Shown piece after piece: positions 37,917 through 48,500 of a stretch of DNA of 64,000 nucleotides. Origin of the DNA: Anaerolineales bacterium. Lineage in GTDB: Bacteria; Chloroflexota; Anaerolineae; Anaerolineales; UBA11657. Under the pieces are notes generated by a model. It ran no database searches and was not told the origin of the DNA. It saw nothing but the letters and a program-made list of their open reading frames with translations. The DNA lies in the NCBI GenBank assembly GCA_022450585.1, contig JAKUPR010000005.1, forward strand, positions 2,141 through 66,140, given 5' to 3'. The translations under genes were made by a program, and so were the position numbers. Within the stretch, counting starts at the first letter, position 1. Every line of letters begins with the position of its first letter.

Positions 37917-40628
37917 TTATTCCTTTTCCAACAAACTACGCAGCACAGTCTGTAGTATACCCCCATTACGATAGTATTCGACCTCCACGGGCGTATCAAC
38001 GCGCGCCTTAACAGTGAAATCCAGCACGCTGCCATTCGAGACGGAAGCCCGCACATTGATAGACTGCTGAGCCTGCAAATCAATGGGTACACGTATATCA
38101 AAGATTTCGTATCCGGTGAGACCCAACGACTTCCACGTCTCGCCATCTTCAAATTGAAGCGGTAAAATGCCCATACCCACGAGGTTGCAACGGTGAATGC
38201 GCTCAAAACTAGATGCAATCACAGCTCTTACACCGAGTAGCTGCGCACCTTTCGCGGCCCAATCTCGAGAAGACCCAGCACCATATTCCACGCCAGCTAC
38301 GACGATTAACGGTGTATTCTGCGCTCTATATATTTGCGACGCATCGAAAATAGTCATTTCTTCAGGTGTGTCTCCATTGCAAAAACACAGCGTGAAACCA
38401 CCCTCCACACCAGGAACAAGTTGATTTTGCAGACGGATATTAGCGAAGGTACCCCGCATCATCACACGATCATTTCCGCGCCGTGTCCCGTAGCTGTTGA
38501 AATCCTCCGGCGCGACACCACACGACAAAAGGTATTGCCCTGCGGGTGAATCGGGGGAAAATTTGCCCGCAGGAGAGATATGGTCGGTAGTAATTGTGTC
38601 ACCCAAAAGCGCTAATACACGTGCACCACGAATCGATTCAATCTGCGACGATTTAGATGCAATACCGACGAAGAAAGGTGGCTCCTGAATATAGGTAGAG
38701 CTTTCATCCCACTCGTACAGATTACTTCCCGAGCTGGCAACCTGGTTCCAAGCCTCGCTTCCCTCGAACACATTCGCGTACTTGTCCACATAATGCTCGG
38801 TCTTGACCGCAGCAGAGATTGCAGCTGTCACCTCTGCCTGCGTAGGCCAGATATCCCGCAAGAACACCGGATTACCATCGCTGGTAGTTCCCAGAGGGTC
38901 CTCATCCATGTCTATGTCAACTGTACCCGCCAGTGCATAAGCAACGACCAGAGGCGGAGATGCAAGATAATTGGCCTTGATGTGTGAGTGTATACGACCC
39001 TCAAAATTACGGTTTCCGGAAAGCACGGCGGCAGCGACTAAATCGCCGCTCTCAATCGCGCTGTTCACCTCCGGCGCAAGCGGGCCACTGTTTCCAATAC
39101 ATGTCGTGCAACCGTAGCCAACAGTGTGAAAACCCAATTGCTCTAGATACGGAGTAAGCCCAGCGGCATTCATATACTCGGTCACGACGCGCGATCCTGG
39201 CGCTAAGCTGGTTTTTACATATGGTTGAACCGTGAGTCCCTTTTCAACGGCTTTCCGTGCCAACAAACCAGCCCCAAGCATCACACTAGGATTGGAAGTA
39301 TTAGTACAGGAAGTGATGGCGGCAATGACCACAGATCCATGGCATAGCTCGGCATCTCCTGCCACTGCCACGTTATGGAGAGCTGCGTCTTCTAGGGCAA
39401 AGCCACGTTGCTCCAGAGGTGCAGTCAACGTAGACTGAAATGTAGTTTTCATATCTTTCAGTAAAACGCGATCCTGCGGACGTTTGGGACCCGCCATGCT
39501 GGGCCTGACCATGCCAAGGTCAAGTTCCAGTGTGGCACTGAACTCAGGATCCGGCGTGTCGGGGTTGCAGAATAGGCCCTGTTCTTTGGTGTAACGTTCC
39601 ACCAAATCAGCGTTGCGACCAGTTCGACGCAGGAAGCTTAAAGTCTCATCATCAACTGGAAAGAATCCCATCGTCGCGCCGTATTCGGGTGCCATATTAG
39701 CAATTGTTGCACGATCAGGTAGGCTCATGCTGCTAAGAGCGGGCCCGAAAAACTCTACGAACTTGCCCACCACACCGTGAGCACGAAGTTGTTCCACAAT
39801 TGTCAATGCCAAATCCGTAGCAGTAGCACCTTCAGATAGCGCACCAACAAGTTTAAAGCCGACCACTTCGGGTGTGAGCATATATAGCGGTTGGCCAAGC
39901 ATGACCGCTTCTGCTTCAATCCCCCCTACTCCCCAGCCAAGCACGCCTAATCCATTAATCATAGTGGTATGCGAATCAGTTCCAACCAAGGTATCTGGGT
40001 ATACGATTAGATCGCCGTCAATTTCCCGCGCAACCACCACGCTAGCAAGATATTCCAAGTTCACTTGATGAATGATGCCAGTAGCTGGTGGAACCACACG
40101 AAGATTGTCAAATGCTTGACTGGCCCAAGCTAGAAAGGCGTAGCGTTCTCCATTCCTTACAAATTCTTGTTCGGCATTTCGCGTAATCGCAAGACCATCA
40201 CCAAAATAATCTACTTGCACAGAGTGATCAATGACAATATCAACCGGCACTAGAGGATTGATTCTAACTGGGTCACCGCCCATTCGGTGTACGGAAGAAC
40301 GTAAAGCCGCAAGGTCTACCACAGCTGGAAGACCAGTAAAATCCTGCATAATAACCCGGCCAGGCTTAAATGGAAGCTCTGCCGGCGCGGATGCATGTGC
40401 ATCCCAATTGGCAAGACGCAGGACATCATCTGCAGTGACTTCAAAGCCATCCTCAGTACGCAACAGAGCTTCCAGAAGCACACGAATCGAAAATGGCAAT
40501 CGGGAGATATCCCCAACACCTTGTTTTTCCAAGGCATCCAGGCGATATAGTACAGCACTCCCAGAGTCCGTCTTGAAAGTATCTTTTGTATTGAAAGAAT
40601 CAGTGCTTTTCACGCTAGTTTCTATCAC
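37917..40628 (-). CDS. acnA: Aconitate hydratase A
   Basis: The 903-aa protein carries aconitase family motifs throughout, including [12 protein letters not shown], the Cys ligand regions SCTNTSNP and [11 protein letters not shown], and the swivel domain. Confidence 0.95.
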   Translation of the reverse strand: MIETSVKSTDSFNTKDTFKTDSGSAVLYRLDALEKQGVGDISRLPFSIRVLLEALLRTEDGFEVTADDVLRLANWDAHASAPAELPFKPGRVIMQDFTGLPAVVDLAALRSSVHRMGGDPVRINPLVPVDIVIDHSVQVDYFGDGLAITRNAEQEFVRNGERYAFLAWASQAFDNLRVVPPATGIIHQVNLEYLASVVVAREIDGDLIVYPDTLVGTDSHTTMINGLGVLGWGVGGIEAEAVMLGQPLYMLTPEVVGFKLVGALSEGATATDLALTIVEQLRAHGVVGKFVEFFGPALSSMSLPDRATIANMAPEYGATMGFFPVDDETLSFLRRTGRNADLVERYTKEQGLFCNPDTPDPEFSATLELDLGMVRPSMAGPKRPQDRVLLKDMKTTFQSTLTAPLEQRGFALEDAALHNVAVAGDAELCHGSVVIAAITSCTNTSNPSVMLGAGLLARKAVEKGLTVQPYVKTSLAPGSRVVTEYMNAAGLTPYLEQLGFHTVGYGCTTCIGNSGPLAPEVNSAIESGDLVAAAVLSGNRNFEGRIHSHIKANYLASPPLVVAYALAGTVDIDMDEDPLGTTSDGNPVFLRDIWPTQAEVTAAISAAVKTEHYVDKYANVFEGSEAWNQVASSGSNLYEWDESSTYIQEPPFFVGIASKSSQIESIRGARVLALLGDTITTDHISPAGKFSPDSPAGQYLLSCGVAPEDFNSYGTRRGNDRVMMRGTFANIRLQNQLVPGVEGGFTLCFCNGDTPEEMTIFDASQIYRAQNTPLIVVAGVEYGAGSSRDWAAKGAQLLGVRAVIASSFERIHRCNLVGMGILPLQFEDGETWKSLGLTGYEIFDIRVPIDLQAQQSINVRASVSNGSVLDFTVKARVDTPVEVEYYRNGGILQTVLRSLLEKE

Positions 40629-40808
40629 CTAAATATCAGTAAGTCGGATTGGTACAAATATGACTCCCTAGACATAGTCACGGTTGCGGATTATATCATC
40701 ACACGAGTTAGTCACGGTAGACAATCAGTGCAAACAGACGAAGGGTACAAGAATTGGCCCGTGACCAATGCCAACATTGATGGTTTTGATCATATTAGAA
40801 CGTGTACG

Positions 40809-41840
40809 CTATCTAACCCCTGCGCTTGCCCGCAAACGATCGCCATATTGTTGTTGATAATACTCCTTAAATGCTCCGCTCTTGATATCCCTCCACCACC
40901 ATTCATTTTCCCTATACCAAGATACGGTTTTCTCAAACGCATCTTCAAATGAGTGGACAGGATGCCATCCGAGAGAGTGCAACAAAGTGCAGTCAAGAGC
41001 ATAGCGACGGTCGTGACCAGGGCGGTCTTGTACCGACACAATGAGACTCTCAGGCTTATGCATCAATTCCAAGATTAGTTTCGTGACAATTATGTTGGTA
41101 CGTTCATTGCCGCCACCGAGGTTATAAACTTGGCCGGCCTGTCCCTCATGCAGTACCACATCAATACCTGAACAATGGTCTTCTACATAAAGCCAATCTC
41201 GCACCTGCGTACCGTCCCCATAGAGAGGTAAAGGATGGTCATCGATTGCATTAGTGATAAACAGAGATGCGATTTTTTCCGGATATTGATAAGGCCCAAA
41301 GGTGTTGCTGCCACGTGTTACCACGGTGTTCAACCCATAAGTCTCATGATAGGCACGAACAAGCAACTCCGCACCAGCTTTGCTCGCAGCATAAGGACTA
41401 TTTGGTTCCAGAGAGTCACCCTCTTTAAACATCCCCTTCTCAATGCTACCGTACACCTCATCTGTACTTACTTGATGCAGCCGCTCAATACTATGTTTGC
41501 GGGCAGCATCCAACAGAACACATGTCCCCACCACATCAGTCTGAACAAAAGCATCAGGGTCAATTATCGAGCGATCAACGTGACTCTCAGCAGCAAAGTT
41601 GACAATAGAATCTATGCTATGGTCAACCATAACTTTGTCAACCTCCTCACGATCAGAAATGTCACCTCTCACAAAAAAATAGCGCGGGTCATCGCCTAAA
41701 TCACGCAGATTGTCCATATTCCCAGCATATGTCAATTTGTCATACACTATGCAGTTGTATTGTGGATATTTGCGAAGCAAGTAACGCACGAAGTTGGAGC
41801 CAATGAAGCCCGCACCGCCGGTAACAAGGATGTTCTTCAT
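40809..41840 (-). CDS. rfbB: dTDP-glucose 4,6-dehydratase
   Basis: Motifs MKNILVTGGAGFIGSNFVRYLL, YAASKAGAELL (YxxxK) and TDEVYG are present. I set the start at the ATG at 41840, which forms an ATGA overlap with the upstream stop. The track uses a TTG at 41849. Confidence 0.92.
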   Translation of the reverse strand: MKNILVTGGAGFIGSNFVRYLLRKYPQYNCIVYDKLTYAGNMDNLRDLGDDPRYFFVRGDISDREEVDKVMVDHSIDSIVNFAAESHVDRSIIDPDAFVQTDVVGTCVLLDAARKHSIERLHQVSTDEVYGSIEKGMFKEGDSLEPNSPYAASKAGAELLVRAYHETYGLNTVVTRGSNTFGPYQYPEKIASLFITNAIDDHPLPLYGDGTQVRDWLYVEDHCSGIDVVLHEGQAGQVYNLGGGNERTNIIVTKLILELMHKPESLIVSVQDRPGHDRRYALDCTLLHSLGWHPVHSFEDAFEKTVSWYRENEWWWRDIKSGAFKEYYQQQYGDRLRASAGVR

Positions 41841-42910
41841 GGCAACCAAAAATTACTATAATCGCCCAAGTTCATTTTTAGCGCCTTGGGCTTGCGCAAA
41901 GTACGTCCTACCTCAGCATTGCGCCCAATCATGCTGTCGACTATCCGTGTTGACACTCCAGAAATCTGAGATCCCTCAAGAACAATGGAGTGTTCAATTT
42001 CACAGTTTGTAAGCACGCAATCATGATAAATAGAAGTATAGGGACCTACATAGGCATTCTCTATAATCGTGTTCTTACCGATAATGCTCGGGCCACGCAC
42101 AGTACTGTTGCGAATTTGGACACCCGGCTGCAGGGTTACTCGTCGCCCCACTTCCGAATCGGATGCTACCTCAGCACTCGCATCTACACCCGGATTCATC
42201 TCATCCAACACATGGGCATTCGCACTTAGCATATCTAGTGGCTTGCCGGTATCAATCCACCAACCACGGTGTACATAAGCGCGCACTCCATACCCATGAG
42301 TGACCAGCCATTGGATAGCGTCGGTAATCTCAAGTTCACCTCGACGCGAAGGTTCTATTCCACTGACAGCATCGAAAACACTGGCATCAAACATGTAAAT
42401 CCCCACCAGTGCGAGGTCCGACTGCGGGTCCGATGGTTTCTCTATCAATTGCTTTATAGAGCCATCTTCATTGAGCTCAGCCACACCAAAATGCTGCGGA
42501 TCAGGAACACGAGTAAGAACAATTTGGCTGTTCCACTCCGAATGAGCGAATTGCTCTATTAATGTACTGATTCCACCCTCAATCACATTGTCACCCAGAA
42601 ACATGACGAATCGATCTTCGCCAAGATAATCCTGCGAGATTTTGACTGCGTGTGCCAGCCCCGCCGGACTCTCCTGTGGAATGAACGTAACTCGAACACC
42701 CCAACGGCTGCCATCTCCCACGGCGGCACGTATTTCGGCATCGGTGTCACCGGTAACGACTCCAATTTCAGATATACCGGCATCCCGTATAGCACGAATC
42801 ACACGGAAAAGCACAGGCTCATTCGCAACGGGAATCAGTTGTTTAGCTCGAGTATAGGTTAGCGGATAGAGGCGGGTGCCTTTGCCTCCGGAGAGGATAA
42901 GGCCTTTCAT
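41837..42910 (-). CDS. Glucose-1-phosphate thymidylyltransferase, long form with a C-terminal left-handed beta-helix
   Basis: The N-terminus reads MKGLILSGGKGTRLYPLTYTRAKQLIPV. Length is 357 aa, and the C-terminal part has hexapeptide-like repeats. Confidence 0.85.
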   Translation of the reverse strand: MKGLILSGGKGTRLYPLTYTRAKQLIPVANEPVLFRVIRAIRDAGISEIGVVTGDTDAEIRAAVGDGSRWGVRVTFIPQESPAGLAHAVKISQDYLGEDRFVMFLGDNVIEGGISTLIEQFAHSEWNSQIVLTRVPDPQHFGVAELNEDGSIKQLIEKPSDPQSDLALVGIYMFDASVFDAVSGIEPSRRGELEITDAIQWLVTHGYGVRAYVHRGWWIDTGKPLDMLSANAHVLDEMNPGVDASAEVASDSEVGRRVTLQPGVQIRNSTVRGPSIIGKNTIIENAYVGPYTSIYHDCVLTNCEIEHSIVLEGSQISGVSTRIVDSMIGRNAEVGRTLRKPKALKMNLGDYSNFWLP

Positions 42911-43563
42911 CAGTAGGTGGAAATACTCGAATCCACCGGTGCATTGTTGAGTACCGCTCCAATCACACGAGCGCGTACTCGCTCGAGTATCTCCCTTGCT
43001 CGTTCTACATGATCACGACGCGTCTCCCCAGCGTTTATCACCAGCAGTACCCCGTCCATTTTCGTAGCAAGAAGAGCAGCATCTGTCACAGCCAACACTG
43101 GAGGCGCATCGAACAGTATGAATTCAGCCTGAGTCCTTAATTGTGCGATCAAATCTTCCATCTGTCGAGATCCTAACAAATCAGCTGGGTTTTCTGGGCG
43201 CGGTCCGGACGGGAGCACAGATAAGTTGTCTACCCCAACATTAGCGACACGGAGTTCATCCCCAGACTCAAGTACCGTGCCTAGACCAACATCATTAGAA
43301 ATACCCCAGATCTTATGCTGACTCGGATGACGTAGATCGCAATCAACTAGCAATGTGCTACGACCGCTTTGTGCGATCGTCACCGCCAAATTTGCCGCCA
43401 AAGTAGCCTTGCTTCCAGAATTAGATTCAGGCGCGGGCATAGTCACCAACAACGCACTCAACTTTTCGACAGCGTCGTTAAAAATAATGTTCGTGCGCAA
43501 AGCACGATAAGCTTCAGCAGCTGCTGCGCTCGCATCAGAAATGGTAATCAGTTTTTCAGTCAT
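42910..43563 (-). CDS. CpsD/CapB-type BY-kinase-like ATPase with a disrupted Walker A and no C-terminal Tyr cluster
   Basis: It has EAYRALRTNI, Walker A' LLVDCDLR and Walker B ILFDAPPV. The P-loop reads APESNSGSKAT instead of GxxGKS/T. The C-terminus (NNAPVDSSISTY) has a single Tyr. Confidence 0.75.
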   Translation of the reverse strand: MTEKLITISDASAAAAEAYRALRTNIIFNDAVEKLSALLVTMPAPESNSGSKATLAANLAVTIAQSGRSTLLVDCDLRHPSQHKIWGISNDVGLGTVLESGDELRVANVGVDNLSVLPSGPRPENPADLLGSRQMEDLIAQLRTQAEFILFDAPPVLAVTDAALLATKMDGVLLVINAGETRRDHVERAREILERVRARVIGAVLNNAPVDSSISTY

Positions 43564-43566
43564 AGG

Positions 43567-44244
43567 TCACTTCCTGCGAAGACTTGCTTCGCCATCATGG
43601 GCTGGGATCGCTCCCAGCACCGACATCCCGAGAATGCCCTCCACGTCTTTACGGTTGCGCACCATACCCGCATCCATATATTCCAGCACGAGAACTACAG
43701 CCGCCCCAATCAATAGTCCCATCACCGCACCAGCAGCACTGTTAATTGCCCTTCGTGGGCGGTCCAGCTCATAACGAGGATGATCCAAAATGATAGCGGT
43801 CACTCGGTCCTCGCGCCGTTGCTTCTGATTCTCATCATTACGCCACTGAACCAGCAACTGCGCCCAGTGCCGAGCTATGTCATTTGCAAGATCACCGCTC
43901 TGATTTTCAACCTCGATACGTATCAGGAAGCGCTGTGCTTCAGCCGCAATATGCACATCCCCACGCAGTGTTTCGGGAAGCATATCCAACTGCAGTACGT
44001 CAATTACCTCAGTAGCACTATTTTCTGTATCCAAGAAAGCTACATAAGAATCGAGCAAAAGTTTCGCGCTCTGAGTAAGTCCAAAATCAGTACGTGCCGG
44101 CTGTACAAGAACGTCAACTGTAGATTGGTACACTGGCGTTTGCACCACACTAAAGAGAAGAGCACTACCAGCTGTAAGAACAGCTGAAAGCATCATAACC
44201 CATCCACGTCTCCAGAAAATACGAAAATACTCTATGATCAACAT
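43567..44244 (-). CDS. Wzz/CapA/YveK-type polysaccharide co-polymerase (BY-kinase transmembrane modulator)
   Basis: N- and C-terminal TM helices flank a periplasmic domain. The N-terminal pattern is PVYQSTVDVLV. The cytoplasmic tail reads ILGMSVLGAIP. Confidence 0.8.
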   Translation of the reverse strand: MLIIEYFRIFWRRGWVMMLSAVLTAGSALLFSVVQTPVYQSTVDVLVQPARTDFGLTQSAKLLLDSYVAFLDTENSATEVIDVLQLDMLPETLRGDVHIAAEAQRFLIRIEVENQSGDLANDIARHWAQLLVQWRNDENQKQRREDRVTAIILDHPRYELDRPRRAINSAAGAVMGLLIGAAVVLVLEYMDAGMVRNRKDVEGILGMSVLGAIPAHDGEASLRRK

Positions 44245-44344
44245 TTGGATGACTGTCCCATTAAACTACACATATGTCATGCCCACCACACAGAAATTCC
44301 ATCCTAACCACAGCTCAGAACCCGATTTTACCACAGCGGAGTAA

Positions 44345-45043
44345 TCAACTTCGTTCACGCGGAATCTCACCAATAACATTCAATCCCAACAGTTCCACTT
44401 CCGATCGGCTTCTTGTAAAAGGATCTAAATAATGAGCCGCAAAAACCAATAACACGCCAACCACCAAGCCGGTGGCAACCCTCAGTAGGAGATTAACGCG
44501 AGCACCTAGATCCGGTGAAGCTAACGTGACGTCAGCTTCATCTAGTGCCACCACGATAGCATTTCGCCCACCAAGTTGTGGAAATGCGGCTGCATTCTGA
44601 TTCTGCATCACGGCAGTGGAAGCCAACGCTAATTCACGCACATACTCTGGGGAAGATGCACCGAGATAAAGCACTAGTTCGCTGCGTTCGTAGTCACTGC
44701 TTATCGCAGCACTCACGGCTGTTGCCGACAATCGCACGTCCCTGGTTTCCATTTCTCGGCTAACCGCACCGGCGAACGCTCCTGTTTCAGCCCAATCGGA
44801 AAGTCCAGCAACGATATATTCAGAGGTCAGCCAAGAAAAATAATCAGGGTCGAAATAAGTTCCCGATGACCCGCCAGCCATATCCTCGTTAGGAGGCAAA
44901 CTCGCAGATAGATGAATAGCAGCCACATACCTGGTGGAAGGCGGCTGATAAGTAGCCAAGCCAACAGCAATAATAATCACAGCTGGGGTCAGCAGTAGCA
45001 GCCACCACCTTCTTACTGCGACGAAATATTCTCTGAATTCCAT
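44345..45043 (-). CDS. Second CapA/Wzz-like two-TM protein
   Basis: The topology matches the previous gene, with TM helices at both ends and the tail LLGLNVIGEIPRE. The sequence is divergent. Confidence 0.65.
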   Translation of the reverse strand: MEFREYFVAVRRWWLLLLTPAVIIIAVGLATYQPPSTRYVAAIHLSASLPPNEDMAGGSSGTYFDPDYFSWLTSEYIVAGLSDWAETGAFAGAVSREMETRDVRLSATAVSAAISSDYERSELVLYLGASSPEYVRELALASTAVMQNQNAAAFPQLGGRNAIVVALDEADVTLASPDLGARVNLLLRVATGLVVGVLLVFAAHYLDPFTRSRSEVELLGLNVIGEIPRERS

Positions 45044-46128
45044 ACCTTCCCTATCAAGTTATACAATTTCGACTCAAACCGGCTGCGGTCAAATCGCAGG
45101 GCTTCTGCACGAATATTATTTGCATCAAATTGATCACCCTTAAACCCATGCAGTGCGTCAGAAAGAGCATTGACCGATTGTTCCTCGAACAAGATGCCAG
45201 TGACTCCATCTCGCACATAATCTAGTGCACCGCCAGCCGCATAAGCGATCACCGGTCGCCCAGCCGCCATAGCCTGGACAGGAGCAATGCCAAAATCCTC
45301 TCTACCGGGAAAAACAAAGGCCCGGCAGCGCTCCATTAATTCCGGCAAATCACTATCCGGCACGCGCCCGACAAACTCAACAGTCGGTCCCGAGAGCGCT
45401 TCCAACCTCGGGCGATCGCGGCCAGTTCCAGCAACAATGAGCCGAAGACCTAACCTCGTACACGCCTGTACCGCCAAATCTATCCTTTTATACGGGATTA
45501 AGCGCGATACGACAAGGAAGTACTCACCCTTTTGCGAATTTGGGCGGAATCGTCCCGTATCTACGGGTGGGTAAATAATACCGGAATCGCGCCCATAGAA
45601 CCGTTTTATTCGCCGCTGCACGGCCGACGATATAGATACGAAATAGTCGACCTCATCGGCTGCGCCACGATCCCAACGCTGCAGCCAATGCACAAACGGG
45701 CCTATCAGAGTATGAAGAGCTGGGTGAAATCTCTCCCGCTTAAGGTAATTATCCAGATCCCAGACATAGCGCGTGGGAGTTAGGCAATAGCAAATGTGCT
45801 TGGCTCCAGTCGGTTTCCGTATCCCGTGGCAGAATCCACTCTTATTGGACAGAATAAGATCATATCCAGAAAAATCAAATCCGCGAAAGGCAAAAGGAAA
45901 CACTATGAAGTAAGGCTGATGTTGTCGATGGACGCTGGGGAGCCGGTCTACCCAGGAGACACGTATGTCTCGCTCACGAAATTCTGCACTCACACTGTCA
46001 GGGGAATAAATACTAGTGTAAATCGGAGCCTGAGGAAACATTTTTACGAGTACTGCTAGCACGTCCTCAGCACCACCGCTCTGATTGAGCCAATCGTGAA
46101 CAAGGGCAACTTTCATAGCATCCCGCAA
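45013..46128 (-). CDS. Glycosyltransferase family 4
   Basis: Motifs MKVALVHDWLNQSGGAEDVL and the C-terminal EX7E region EDFGIAPVQAMAAGRPVIA are present. The probable start is the ATG at 46116. Confidence 0.85.
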   Translation of the reverse strand: MRDAMKVALVHDWLNQSGGAEDVLAVLVKMFPQAPIYTSIYSPDSVSAEFRERDIRVSWVDRLPSVHRQHQPYFIVFPFAFRGFDFSGYDLILSNKSGFCHGIRKPTGAKHICYCLTPTRYVWDLDNYLKRERFHPALHTLIGPFVHWLQRWDRGAADEVDYFVSISSAVQRRIKRFYGRDSGIIYPPVDTGRFRPNSQKGEYFLVVSRLIPYKRIDLAVQACTRLGLRLIVAGTGRDRPRLEALSGPTVEFVGRVPDSDLPELMERCRAFVFPGREDFGIAPVQAMAAGRPVIAYAAGGALDYVRDGVTGILFEEQSVNALSDALHGFKGDQFDANNIRAEALRFDRSRFESKLYNLIGKVWNSENISSQ

Positions 46129-46788
46129 TTAGACCATAGGTCTCGGGGAACGAAGCAACGCAGCGAGGGGCCGAAAACTACGGCGGTGTACTGGTGTAGG
46201 CGTGAGACGCATTATGGCTGCACGATGCTCTCGTGTTCCATAACCCTTATGCGCACTAAACCCATAGCCTGGGTATTGCTTTGCCAATTCACACATCAAG
46301 CGATCGCGGTAAACTTTTGCCACAATAGATGCGGCCGCAATAGAAAGAGAGATGGAGTCACCAAAATACATGCTCTCTTGCGACATCTTGAGTTCCAGGT
46401 GAAGATCAACTGCATCAACCAACAAGTATTGCGGAGATACATCCAATCCAGATACCGCACGACTCATCGCCGCACGTGTGGCTGCCATCAACCCAAGTGA
46501 ATCCACCTCTTCTGGGTTGGCGAACCCCACGCTCACGGAAGTAGCTACGGTCGATATTAATTCACTCAGTAAGTCGCGTTTTCGAGATGACAACTTCTTT
46601 GAATCCTGTACCTCACCAAGACGTCTACGAAGCCAGCGAGGCCGGCGATGCGGGAGCACCACAGCAGCAGCCGCAACAGGCCCAGCCCATGCTCCCCGTC
46701 CAACTTCATCGACACCAGCGATAAACTGTATTCCTTCCTTCCAAATACCAGTCTCAAGCTTCAAGTGCGGACGCTTGGGAATTCTCAT
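46129..46788 (-). CDS. rnhB: Ribonuclease HII
   Basis: Motifs GVDEVGRGAWAGPVAAAAV and DSKKLS are present. I set the start at the ATG at 46788, just after the upstream GT2 stop. The track ORF starts at 46818. Confidence 0.88.
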   Translation of the reverse strand: MRIPKRPHLKLETGIWKEGIQFIAGVDEVGRGAWAGPVAAAAVVLPHRRPRWLRRRLGEVQDSKKLSSRKRDLLSELISTVATSVSVGFANPEEVDSLGLMAATRAAMSRAVSGLDVSPQYLLVDAVDLHLELKMSQESMYFGDSISLSIAAASIVAKVYRDRLMCELAKQYPGYGFSAHKGYGTREHRAAIMRLTPTPVHRRSFRPLAALLRSPRPMV

Positions 46789-46792
46789 ATGA

Positions 46793-47575
46793 TTAGCGCG
46801 TCCTGGTATATTTGCCATCTAGCCAATTTCTCCGCAGAGCAAGGATGTCCAACAACATACCCAAAGAATCCTGCATCATTCGCACTCGCGTCTCTCGATG
46901 AAAATGCCAATCTACCGGCACCTCCACAATACGATATTCTCGTTTCCGGGCAATATAAAGGACTTCCACATCAAAACTCATCCCATCCAACTTTTGGACA
47001 GAAAACAAGTCCAAAGCAGCTTGTGCCGTAAAGCATTTGAACCCACATTGTGTGTCCTCAAAATCCGGTAGCGCAAATAGCTTGACCAAATTGCTGAACA
47101 CACGCCCACGTATATGCGTAAAGACAGGTTCATGGAACCTAACAGCACCTGACACCTCACGGGAGCCAATGGCAACATCGAAATCAGTCGATTGTGGTGG
47201 TAGGAAGCGCACGAGCTGTTCAATAGACATCGAAAGATCGGCGTCACACATGAAGCGAAATTCCCCTTTTGCAGCCAACATACCACGACGCACCGCTCGC
47301 CCCTTGCCGCGAATCTTCTCCTGCAATAGACTCACATGTTGATGCCCTTTCCCGTAGGATCGTACAACCTGCGCAGTCTCATCTACGCTGGCATTTTCTA
47401 CCACTAGTACCTCCACAGAATAACTTTGTGAGCTAATAAAGGCGTCAATAGCTCGCAGCGTGTCAGGCAACCGTTGTGCTTCGTTGTGCGCCGGAATAAT
47501 TATAGACAGATATGTCACTTTTCTAGATTCATCAAATTGATGTGAGGATACTGTCAAGGTATTCAGCGGATACAC
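46793..47575 (-). CDS. Glycosyltransferase family 2, polyprenyl-phosphate hexosyltransferase-like (Alg5/Dpm1-like)
   Basis: Motifs LSIIIPAHNEAQRLPDTL, VVENASVDET and CDADLS are present. The start is uncertain. A GTG at 47518 would remove the 44-nt overlap with the upstream gene. Confidence 0.8.
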   Translation of the reverse strand: MYPLNTLTVSSHQFDESRKVTYLSIIIPAHNEAQRLPDTLRAIDAFISSQSYSVEVLVVENASVDETAQVVRSYGKGHQHVSLLQEKIRGKGRAVRRGMLAAKGEFRFMCDADLSMSIEQLVRFLPPQSTDFDVAIGSREVSGAVRFHEPVFTHIRGRVFSNLVKLFALPDFEDTQCGFKCFTAQAALDLFSVQKLDGMSFDVEVLYIARKREYRIVEVPVDWHFHRETRVRMMQDSLGMLLDILALRRNWLDGKYTRTR

Positions 47576-48479
47576 TGCGCGTTGCCTGCACTATGCGCCG
47601 CTGCCTCAGTAAACGGGGCAGCGCCCACAAGCCTGCAATCTGGCCGCGCAACCGAGCCCGAGCAGCCCTACCACGCCAAGAACAGAGCGCCTTCCAAGCA
47701 AGGCGTAGCTGCCGCCACAATATTCTGTGCCAGTGGCACCTCCACACGCTGGCAGGAACATCTTTGACTAACACATATATTGTATTGCGCCCGTCGTGGA
47801 AGCTGGCGGTCTCACCTCCGCCCGTAGCTGAAAGGTGATGGTACACCACAGCACTTGGAGCATAAAGGGCTCTCCAGCCCTGTAGCTGAGCGCGCCAGGC
47901 CAAATCAACGTCCTCACATGAGAAAAAGAAGTCTTCGTCAAGCATTCCGACCTGCTGCAACATCCCCCGCCGATAGGCAGCAGCTCCGCCACACGCAGAG
48001 AAAACATATCCCTCATCATACTGCCCGGAATCTTTTTGCCATACTCCCCGGTTGGCAGGCACACCATCAGTACAAAAAAGATCCCCGGCTGTGTGAAATG
48101 TGTCTCGCTGGTCAAAAAGCAGTAATTTTGAAGCAATCATACCGACATCAGGATATCGATTGAAAGCAGCTACAATCTCTACTAGCCAATCTGGTGCAGC
48201 TTCCGTATCGTTATTCAATAAGACAACAATCGCTCCCTGCGCAACACGAATGCCAGCGTTGCATGCACCCGTAAATCCTCGGTTGCTCTCAAGAGCCAAC
48301 ACCCTCACCTCAGGATAATCACTTTGGAGCATCTCAGACGATCCATCAGTGCTGAAGTTGTCCGCCACAATGACCTCAAAGTACCGAAAACTCTGCCTTC
48401 GGAGTGCATCCAAGCAAGTAGGCAAATGACCTATGCCATTCCAATTAGGTATTACAACAGATAGCACAACTTGTTCCAC
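47532..48479 (-). CDS. Glycosyltransferase family 2 (rhamnosyltransferase-like)
   Basis: Motifs LSVVIPNWNGIGHLPTCLDAL, VIVADNFSTDGS, NNDTE and CEDVDLAWR are present. Confidence 0.82.
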   Translation of the reverse strand: MEQVVLSVVIPNWNGIGHLPTCLDALRRQSFRYFEVIVADNFSTDGSSEMLQSDYPEVRVLALESNRGFTGACNAGIRVAQGAIVVLLNNDTEAAPDWLVEIVAAFNRYPDVGMIASKLLLFDQRDTFHTAGDLFCTDGVPANRGVWQKDSGQYDEGYVFSACGGAAAYRRGMLQQVGMLDEDFFFSCEDVDLAWRAQLQGWRALYAPSAVVYHHLSATGGGETASFHDGRNTIYVLVKDVPASVWRCHWHRILWRQLRLAWKALCSWRGRAARARLRGQIAGLWALPRLLRQRRIVQATRSVSAEYLDSILTSI

Positions 48480-48500
48480 GGTTTCTTACGCTCGTCAGCC

